Shown here: positions 47,323-55,175 of the stretch, piece by piece
Layout: every line of letters starts with the position of its first letter
Position numbering within the stretch: position 1 is the first letter of the stretch
Assembly: GCA_903839875.1 (NCBI GenBank)
Contig: CAIMDZ010000051.1
Location: 9,586 to 73,585 of the forward strand
Direction: 5' to 3'
Length of the DNA: 64,000 nucleotides
Source of the DNA: an uncultured Bacteroidota bacterium
GTDB lineage: Bacteria > Bacteroidota > Bacteroidia > Chitinophagales > Chitinophagaceae
Program-made: the position numbers and the translations under genes
Notes under the pieces: model-generated
What the model was told of the DNA's origin: nothing
The model's input: the letters and a program-made list of their open reading frames with translations, nothing else
Database searches by the model: none

Positions 47323-49143
47323 ATGAATAACGCAGAAATTATAATTGACGGGCCAAATTTAGCTCATGGCCACGAAGCAGGCGATCATCATGGCCACGAA
47401 CACCATGAGCAGCACTTTATCTGGAAGTACATATTCTGCCAGGATCATAAAATCATTGGCAAGCAGTTCCTGATCACAGGTATCATCTGGGCTATCATCG
47501 GTGCGTTGATGTCGGTGTTTTTCCGCCTGCAGCTTGGTTTCCCTGATACTACTTTCCCTATCATGGAGAAATTCTTAGGTGAGTGGGCCAAAGGGGGTAA
47601 ATTATCTCCTGAATTTTATTACGCACTGGTTACCATGCATGGTACCATACTGGTGTTCTTCGTACTTACCGCGGGATTGAGCGGAACGTTTGCCAACCTG
47701 CTCATACCTCTGCAGGTAGGCGCGCGTGATATGGCATCGCCTTTCATGAACATGCTTTCTTACTGGTTCTTCTTCCTTGCCAGTGTGCTGATGATGATTT
47801 CCTTATTCGTTGAAACCGGCCCGGCATCAGGCGGGTGGACCACTTACCCGCCATTAAGCGCATTAAAAGAAGCGTCAATGGGCTCGGGTGTGGGTATGGA
47901 TCTGTGGTTGTTAAGTATGGCTACCTTCGTTATTTCTGCGTTGCTTGGTGGTCTTAACTATATCACTACTATTTTGAACATGCGTACAAAGGGCATGACC
48001 ATGACGCGTATGCCGCTTACCGTATGGGCGCTGTTCTTTACCGCTGTTCTTGGCGTACTTTCTTTCCCTGTGTTGTTCTCAGGGTTCGTGCTCCTGATAT
48101 TCGATCGTAATTTTGGCACCAGCTTCTACCTCTCCGAAATATTCATTGGCGGTAAGGCGCTCCCACATATCGGCGGGTCGGCTATCCTTTACCAGCACTT
48201 GTTCTGGTTCCTGGGCCACCCCGAGGTGTACATCATTATGCTGCCGGGAATGGGTATGGCTTCCGAGATACTGGCAACCCACAGCCGCAAGCCTATTTTC
48301 GGTTATTTTGCCATGATCATTTCACTGGTAGGTATTACCGTACTGGCCTTTGTTGTTTGGGCGCACCATATGTTTGTTACAGGTATGAGTCCTTTCCTTG
48401 GATCTATCTTCGTACTGCTTACACTGCTGATCGCTGTACCATCTGCGGTGAAGGTGTTTAACTGGTTAACGACCATCTGGCGCGGTAACATCAGGTTTAA
48501 CCCTGCAATGCTATTTGCACTTGGTTTCGTTTCCCTGTTCATTTCGGGTGGTCTTACAGGTATCTTCCTGGGTAACTCCGCCCTCGATATTCACCTGCAT
48601 GATACCTACTTCGTTGTGGCGCACTTCCATATTGTAATGGGTGTGTCGGCCTTCTTCGGCATGTTTGCCGGCATTTACCATTGGTTCCCTAAAATGTTCG
48701 GGAGGTTTATGAACAACAGCCTTGGGTACATCCACTTCTTTATCACATTTGCCGGCGCTTACCTTATCTTCTGGCCTATGCATTATGAAGGTATCGCTGG
48801 TATGCCACGCCGTTACTACGATTATTCGGCATGGGAATCTTTCAAACACTTCCAGGGTGTGAATGCATTCATCAGCATTGTTGCAATGATTGTATTCTTT
48901 ACACAGCTTTTATTTGTACTTAACTTCTTCGTAAGCATTTTTCGCGGCCGCAAAATGACCACCCTGAACCCATGGGGTTCTACCACGCTTGAGTGGACAA
49001 CCCCTATCAATCCCGGCCATGGCAACTGGATAGGCGAAATTCCTGAAGTTCACCGCTGGCCCTACGATTACAAAGACGATGGCCACGGCAACGACTTCAT
49101 CCCACAGACAATGCCGCTAAGGCCGGGAGAGGAATCGCATTAG
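47323..49143 (+). CDS. ctaD: Cytochrome c oxidase subunit I (A1-type heme-copper oxidase)
   Basis: DHK-x-IG, TMHG, GGWTTYPPL, GHPEVY, WAHH, HDTYFVVAHFH, MPRRY. Confidence 0.97.
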   Translation: MNNAEIIIDGPNLAHGHEAGDHHGHEHHEQHFIWKYIFCQDHKIIGKQFLITGIIWAIIGALMSVFFRLQLGFPDTTFPIMEKFLGEWAKGGKLSPEFYYALVTMHGTILVFFVLTAGLSGTFANLLIPLQVGARDMASPFMNMLSYWFFFLASVLMMISLFVETGPASGGWTTYPPLSALKEASMGSGVGMDLWLLSMATFVISALLGGLNYITTILNMRTKGMTMTRMPLTVWALFFTAVLGVLSFPVLFSGFVLLIFDRNFGTSFYLSEIFIGGKALPHIGGSAILYQHLFWFLGHPEVYIIMLPGMGMASEILATHSRKPIFGYFAMIISLVGITVLAFVVWAHHMFVTGMSPFLGSIFVLLTLLIAVPSAVKVFNWLTTIWRGNIRFNPAMLFALGFVSLFISGGLTGIFLGNSALDIHLHDTYFVVAHFHIVMGVSAFFGMFAGIYHWFPKMFGRFMNNSLGYIHFFITFAGAYLIFWPMHYEGIAGMPRRYYDYSAWESFKHFQGVNAFISIVAMIVFFTQLLFVLNFFVSIFRGRKMTTLNPWGSTTLEWTTPINPGHGNWIGEIPEVHRWPYDYKDDGHGNDFIPQTMPLRPGEESH

Positions 49144-49147
49144 GCTT

Positions 49148-49175
49148 AGTTGTAAGTCTAAAGTCTAAAGTTCGC
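49148..49175 (+). repeat. Degenerate heptamer tandem repeat
   Basis: AGTTGTA AGTCTAA AGTCTAA AGTTCGC after the ctaD stop. Confidence 0.65.
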
Positions 49176-49201
49176 GGGATAATCTATTTCACACACCATA
49201 C

Positions 49202-49229
49202 AAGCCGCTCCAGTTCTGGGGCGGTTTTT
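49202..49229 (+). terminator. Intrinsic terminator ending the ACIII-oxidase operon
   Basis: AAGCCGCTCC-AGTTCT-GGGGCGGTTTTT. Confidence 0.75.
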
Positions 49230-49270
49230 GTGTGTCAGCCACTGATATAAGCTATAGGGTATAATACCAT

Positions 49271-49398
49271 TACTTAATATAAAATAGTCTGACATCATTT
49301 ACCTATACCCCCCGTCCTCCTGATAGAAGATCAGTACGTTGTTACGGGAGGTGCTATTAGCAACCCTTATTTTTTTGGACTAATTTAACTTAGGTATT
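49271..49398. other. Conserved structured non-coding element, copy 2
   Basis: Same flanking blocks as 30352-30453, with a longer inner hairpin ACCCCCCGT...ACGGGAGGT. Confidence 0.7.
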
Positions 49399-49533
49399 GT
49401 TATTAATTCATTATCTTGCCATCAATCAAGAATTTCCGTTGGTTTTTCAAGTTATTCCAAAGTGCTCTGCTATCCTAACAGAAATGGGGGTACCTAAGTT
49501 TATTTTGAAACATCACATAATAACAGGTATAAT

Positions 49534-51102
49534 ATGAGTTTGCTAATAAGGATTGCGACAATCGGAATTCTGCCAGGTGATGAAGCGTTGATATCGTTTC
49601 AGAAAAAATTCCTTGTTTACCAGGGAACCGCCATGAGTATGGGCGGCATTCTTTGGGGCACGCTGCTTGTGGGTGCAGGTGTAGCTCCCCCATCCGTGAT
49701 CCCTTATGGATACGTTTTACTGACGGCGCTTAATTTCTGGTTTTTTTACAAGACGAAGCGGTTTGCAATAGTGCGTCATGTGCAGACTTTTATCAGCCTG
49801 CTGCTGCCGTTTACACTGCAGTGGTGGCTGGGAGGTTTTGAGCAATCGGGTGCAGTGATGCTATGGTCTATACTCGCGCTGGCATCATCGGCTACATACC
49901 TTGATGCCAGATCCAGTATTTTCTGGCTGGCTGCATTTATCCTGTTCACTTTAATTTCGTTTTATTCCGACTATTATTTCAGGGCGGTCTGCAGTAATAA
50001 CTGGCCAGCGAATGTCACGCGCATTTTCCTGCTATTGAATATTCTGTGCAACGGGACTGTGATATTTATGCTCTTTCTATACTATGTGGAAGCACAAAAA
50101 AGTATTACTACGGAGCTGATGAAAACATACGCAAAGTTGCTAAGTTCAGAAAAGATGGCAGCGCTTGGGCAGGTGTCTGCCGGTGTTGCGCACGAGGTAA
50201 ATACACCCCTCGGTGCCATTAAGTCTTCAGCAGAGGAGTCGTCTATTGCCTTTCATGAGATCATTACCAGGCTTCCGGTTATTCTTGACGCAATGAACAA
50301 AGAGGAGAAAGATTGTTTCATTGAATTTATTACGACAACAGTGCCCAATACCGAAGCGCTCACTACTGTTGAAGAAAGGGAGATAAAGAAAAGTTTAAAA
50401 ACAGAACTCGATGGAATGGGTGTAGAAAATGCCCGGTTTATTGCAGACCGGCTGGTACAGGTAGGTATCTATCAGATGACCCCATCATTAAGGCGACTGG
50501 CAGCAGTAAAAGGATTTGAAGACATTGTGATGGTTACCTATAATCTGTTGAATCAGCAAAAGAATAATAAGACCATTATGTTGGCAGTTGATAAGGCATC
50601 AAGGGTGGTAAAAGCATTAAAAACATATCTTCATACTACAAACAGTGAGAAGCCTGAATTAATGAATCTTCGTGAAAATATTGAGACGGTACTCACCATA
50701 TACCATAACAGGCTGAAGCAGGGTATAACTGTGATCAAACAATATGAGGACGTCCCCAATGTAAATATTTTTCCTGACCAGATGAACCAGGTCTGGACAA
50801 ACCTGATCGTTAACGCTGTACAGGCAATGGATAATAAGGGAATACTTACGGTTGGTATCAAAAGGGACGACAATTATGTTGTGGTAAGTATCAGGGACAC
50901 AGGAAAAGGAATACCCAAAGAGATCCAGGCTAAAATATTCGAGCCGTTTTTTACCACCAAGGTATCGGGTGAGGGCAGTGGTCTCGGTTTGGATATTATC
51001 AAGAAGATACTGGATTCGCACAAAGGACAAATTTCCTTTGTTTCAGAGGAAGGTGCCGGCACCACGTTTTATGTAAAGATTCCCTTAAATAACGAGCAAT
51101 GA
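49534..51102 (+). CDS. Membrane sensor histidine kinase 1 (multi-TM cyclase-type sensor + extended DHp + HATPase_c)
   Basis: H-box GVAHEVNTPLGAI, N-box QVWTNLIVNAVQAM, DTGKGIP, IFEPFFTTK, GSGLGLDII. About 6 TM segments at the N-terminus. Confidence 0.93.
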   Translation: MSLLIRIATIGILPGDEALISFQKKFLVYQGTAMSMGGILWGTLLVGAGVAPPSVIPYGYVLLTALNFWFFYKTKRFAIVRHVQTFISLLLPFTLQWWLGGFEQSGAVMLWSILALASSATYLDARSSIFWLAAFILFTLISFYSDYYFRAVCSNNWPANVTRIFLLLNILCNGTVIFMLFLYYVEAQKSITTELMKTYAKLLSSEKMAALGQVSAGVAHEVNTPLGAIKSSAEESSIAFHEIITRLPVILDAMNKEEKDCFIEFITTTVPNTEALTTVEEREIKKSLKTELDGMGVENARFIADRLVQVGIYQMTPSLRRLAAVKGFEDIVMVTYNLLNQQKNNKTIMLAVDKASRVVKALKTYLHTTNSEKPELMNLRENIETVLTIYHNRLKQGITVIKQYEDVPNVNIFPDQMNQVWTNLIVNAVQAMDNKGILTVGIKRDDNYVVVSIRDTGKGIPKEIQAKIFEPFFTTKVSGEGSGLGLDIIKKILDSHKGQISFVSEEGAGTTFYVKIPLNNEQ

Positions 51103-51488
51103 AGAGGATAATGAACATCGTATGTGTAGATGACGAGAAGATAGTTCTTGATAGTCTCAATTCACAACTCACGCGAAATTTTGGTAATAGCTTTAATTAC
51201 GAGTTTGCGGAATCTGCGGAGGAGGCTTTGGAGATTATTGAGGAACTGAAAAATGAAGATGATGAGGTTATTTATGTTGTAATCTCAGATTGGCTGATGC
51301 CCGGAATGAAAGGCGATGAATTGCTGGAGCGTGTTAGGTCTAAAGTGAAAAACGTAAAAACCATCCTGCTCACAGGCCATGTGGATAGTGTTGTAATAAG
51401 GGCAATAGAGCAAAAAAATGACGGTGGTATCAGATGCATTTACAAACCATGGAACGAAAAGGAACTGATAAGCCTGATAAATGAATAA
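51099..51488 (+). CDS. Single-domain response regulator (receiver only) 1
   Basis: VCVDDE, VISDWLMPG (phospho-Asp), LLTG, YKPW. ATGA overlap with the kinase. Confidence 0.93.
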   Translation: MKRIMNIVCVDDEKIVLDSLNSQLTRNFGNSFNYEFAESAEEALEIIEELKNEDDEVIYVVISDWLMPGMKGDELLERVRSKVKNVKTILLTGHVDSVVIRAIEQKNDGGIRCIYKPWNEKELISLINE

Positions 51489-51977
51489 TGGATGGGAAAT
51501 GGTTTAGTTCTTTGATGCATGATATGAAGCACGATGCCAGCAACACAGGACACTTGCCGGTGTTTTTGTTTACAGCTAACCAATTATCGGGGTTGTGTAT
51601 CAGTTGATGTAAGTTATTTGTGTTATAATTCCAGGCATACCAGAAAAAGTGATTTAATGAACTTAAAAACAAATAATACAAGCTTATGGAATTACAATAT
51701 TTCCACCTTAGTGGCTATTTTTGTTGAGTTGATAGTCATCGAGGAACTCTGGATTTGATACAAGGAAAAGGAAAGCCAGATATATAAGGAATTAAGGAGC
51801 CAGCTATGATTCCAAAGAATAAGCGAAACCAACAAAGGAACCTATATTGAACGAGCAGAAAAGCTTTAATATTCTTATAAAAATTGAAAAGTAACCGTCC
51901 GTCAGCCGTCAAAGATTTTTTTCCGGACCAGCGATAAATGAATGATTGATTACTAATACTATACATTGATGTAAAAT

Positions 51978-53576
51978 ATGAGTTTACTAAAGCGTATTGC
52001 AACAATAGGAAGTGTTTCAGGCGATGATGAAAGTGTAGCCATGCGAAAACAATTCATGATCTACCAGGGTATGGGTATGAGCATGGGTGGGGTATTATGG
52101 GGCAGTTTGCTCGTTTTTTTCTCATACCCTTATCCGGCCATTATTCCTTACGGATATGTGGTACTGACAGCTATCAATTTATATATATTTGACCGGCTGA
52201 AAAATTTTGTAGTTGCGCGGAATTTTCAAACAATCATCAGTATGTTTCTGCCATTCATGCTGCAGTGGTACCTTGGCGGATTTGCGGTTTCAGGGGGTGT
52301 TATGCTCTGGTCCATCATGGCAATGGTGCTGTCGGTATCTTATCAGAATATAAAGGCTAGCATTTTCTGGCTGGTTATTTATCTGGGGCTTACTGCATTT
52401 TCTTTTTGGTTCGACTCCTATTTCGCCAATGAATTCAATATGGGCGTTTCGGCCAATGTTTCTAAAATATTCCAGATATCCAATATAACAGCAGTATCCA
52501 TAATCCTCCTGCTGTTCTTTATATATTTCGTGAAAGTAAATGATAACAACATTATAATAGTAAAACAGACTTATGGAAAACTAATCAATACAGAAGAGAC
52601 TTTTGGTAGACGAATCAATTCGGAGAAATTAGCCGCCTTAGGGCAGATATCGGCGGGTGTGGCGCATGAGGTAAATACTCCGCTAGGAGCGATCAAATCT
52701 TCTGCAGAGGAGTCAACTATTGCATTTCATGAGATTATCACCAAGCTGCCATTTATTCTCGATGCTATGAGTAAAGAGGAAAAGGACTGCTTTATCGAAT
52801 TTATCACCACAATTGTGCCAACCAAAGAGTCGCTCACTACCTCAGAAGAACGGGAAAGGAAGAAAAATTTAAAAACAGAACTCGATGGAATGGGTGTAGA
52901 AAATACCAGATTTATTTCAGACAGGCTGGTACAAGTGGGTATCTACCAGATCACCCCGAATTTAAGAAAGCTGGCGGCAACCAAAGGATTTGAGGACATT
53001 GTGATGGTTACTTATAACCTGCTGAATCAGCAAAAGAATAATAAGACTATTATAATGGCAGTTGATAAGGCGTCGAGGGTGGTAAAAGCCTTGAAAACGT
53101 ATCTGCACACTGCAAACAATGAGAAACCCGAATCAACTAGCATTCGTGAAAATATAGAAACTGTACTTACCATTTACCACAACCGGCTGAAACAGGGAAT
53201 TACCGTTATCAAGCAATATGAAGACGTCCCCAATGTGGAAATTTTTCCTGACCAGATGAACCAGGTATGGACAAACCTGATCGTTAACGCCGTGCAGGCG
53301 ATGGACAATAAGGGGACACTAACAATCGGGATCAAAAGGAATAACAATTATGTCGTGGTAAGTATCCAGGACACCGGAATAGGCATACCAAAGGACATAC
53401 AATCGAAAATATTTGAACCTTTTTTTACCACTAAGGTATCAGGTGAAGGCAGCGGCCTGGGCCTGGATATTATTAAGAAAATACTGGACACACATAAAGG
53501 ACAAATATCTTTCGAGTCGGAGGAAGGTATTGGTACTATTTTTTATGTAAAAATTCCGATAATTGCTGAAAAATGA
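51978..53576 (+). CDS. Membrane sensor histidine kinase 2 (paralog of kinase 1)
   Basis: Same H/N/G1/F/G2 boxes, with long identical stretches to kinase 1 in the transmitter. Confidence 0.93.
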   Translation: MSLLKRIATIGSVSGDDESVAMRKQFMIYQGMGMSMGGVLWGSLLVFFSYPYPAIIPYGYVVLTAINLYIFDRLKNFVVARNFQTIISMFLPFMLQWYLGGFAVSGGVMLWSIMAMVLSVSYQNIKASIFWLVIYLGLTAFSFWFDSYFANEFNMGVSANVSKIFQISNITAVSIILLLFFIYFVKVNDNNIIIVKQTYGKLINTEETFGRRINSEKLAALGQISAGVAHEVNTPLGAIKSSAEESTIAFHEIITKLPFILDAMSKEEKDCFIEFITTIVPTKESLTTSEERERKKNLKTELDGMGVENTRFISDRLVQVGIYQITPNLRKLAATKGFEDIVMVTYNLLNQQKNNKTIIMAVDKASRVVKALKTYLHTANNEKPESTSIRENIETVLTIYHNRLKQGITVIKQYEDVPNVEIFPDQMNQVWTNLIVNAVQAMDNKGTLTIGIKRNNNYVVVSIQDTGIGIPKDIQSKIFEPFFTTKVSGEGSGLGLDIIKKILDTHKGQISFESEEGIGTIFYVKIPIIAEK

Positions 53577-53962
53577 AAAAGATTTTGAACATCGTTTGTG
53601 TTGATGACGAGAAGATAGTGCTTGACAGTCTTAATTCCCAACTGACAAGGAATTTTGGCAATAGTTTTAATTACGAGTTTGCAGAATCTGCTGAAGAGGC
53701 GTTGGAGATAATCAATGAACTAAGAAATGAAGATGAAGAAGTTATTTACGTTGTTATTTCAGACTGGCTGATGCCGGGGATGAAAGGTGATGAATTGCTG
53801 GAGCAGGTTCGTGCAAAAGTGAAGAACGTCAAAACCATACTGCTTACCGGCCATGTAGACAGTGCCGTGATAAAAGCCATTGAGCAAAAGAAAGATGGTG
53901 GAATACATTGTATTTACAAGCCCTGGAATGAGCAGGAGTTGATAGCTTTGATAAACGATTAA
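53573..53962 (+). CDS. Single-domain response regulator 2 (paralog of regulator 1)
   Basis: Near-identical to 51099-51488. ATGA overlap. Confidence 0.93.
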   Translation: MKKILNIVCVDDEKIVLDSLNSQLTRNFGNSFNYEFAESAEEALEIINELRNEDEEVIYVVISDWLMPGMKGDELLEQVRAKVKNVKTILLTGHVDSAVIKAIEQKKDGGIHCIYKPWNEQELIALIND

Positions 53963-55102
53963 TTGATGGACAACGGTATTATTATTTGCATAGATGATGA
54001 GCGGGTTGTATTGAACGGGCTTCAATCACAATTAGGCCGTGATTTTGGGAACAACTACGCCATCGAAATAGCGGAGAGCGGAGAGGAAGCGGTTGCCCTG
54101 GTAAAAGAAATACTGGAAGCAGGAAACGATATTCCGGTTGTGATCTCTGACCAGCTCATGCCGGGAATGAAAGGGCATGAACTGTTGAAATTGATTCACA
54201 AATTGACGCCAAAAACCTACTCAATACTACTCACAGGTCAGTCTGATCTGGAAGCAGTGATAGAAGCTGTGAACCAGGCAAACCTATATCGGTACATGTC
54301 TAAGCCCTGGGAAAGCCAGGACCTTATACTTACAGTAAAGGAAGCGATAAAAGGATTCTACCAGGACAGGCAACTGGAACATCAGAATATTTTGCTGGAA
54401 AGGCACAACAAAGAACTGGAGCAACTGGTGGAAGAGCGGACAAGTGAACTGCAGAAAGAAAAGCAGAAAAGCGACGAGCTTTTGCGAAACATTCTGCCGG
54501 AAAAGGTAGCTATCGAACTGATTACTCATGGTGTTGCTACGCCCAGGCACTATGACAGCGTGTCGGTACTTTTTACCGACTTCCAGGGATTCACAAAATT
54601 AGCATCCGAGATAACGCCGCAGGAGCTGGTGCATACATTGAATGAATGCTACTCTGCATTCGATGATATTATTGGCAGGCACAAACTGGAAAAAATAAAG
54701 ACAATAGGCGATGCATATATGTGTGCTGGTGGCCTTCCCACCGAGAATACAACCAATGCAACTGACGCTGTTGCTGCGGCACGTGAAATACAAGAGTGGA
54801 TCGCAAAATGGAACATGGAACGGGAAGGCAAAGGGATGAAAAAATGGGACCTCCGGATTGGCATCCATACTGGCAAACTGATAGCGGGCGTTATCGGCAA
54901 AAAGAAATTTGCGTATGATGTCTGGGGCGATGCTGTGAATATAGCCTCAAGGATGGAATCGGGTGGCGAAATAAACAAGGTCAATATTTCGAATGCAACT
55001 TATGAACTGGTAAAGGATCAGTTCAATTGTACGTTTCGTGGCAGAATTGAGGTAAAAGGCAAGGGAGAGATTGAAATGTATTTTGTGGAAGGAAGTAAAT
55101 AA
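53963..55102 (+). CDS. Receiver domain - class III adenylate cyclase fusion 1
   Basis: REC (CIDDE, ISDQLMPG, SKPW), coiled coil, LLRNILP, FTDFQGFT, EKIKTIGDAYM, AYDVWGDAVNIASRME. ATG at 53966. Confidence 0.93.
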   Translation: MMDNGIIICIDDERVVLNGLQSQLGRDFGNNYAIEIAESGEEAVALVKEILEAGNDIPVVISDQLMPGMKGHELLKLIHKLTPKTYSILLTGQSDLEAVIEAVNQANLYRYMSKPWESQDLILTVKEAIKGFYQDRQLEHQNILLERHNKELEQLVEERTSELQKEKQKSDELLRNILPEKVAIELITHGVATPRHYDSVSVLFTDFQGFTKLASEITPQELVHTLNECYSAFDDIIGRHKLEKIKTIGDAYMCAGGLPTENTTNATDAVAAAREIQEWIAKWNMEREGKGMKKWDLRIGIHTGKLIAGVIGKKKFAYDVWGDAVNIASRMESGGEINKVNISNATYELVKDQFNCTFRGRIEVKGKGEIEMYFVEGSK

Positions 55103-55175
55103 TGGAACCGTTTGTATTGATATTTTAACTTTAGCGGATTTACAATTATTAATGAGTCAACAGACAGTTTAGCCA

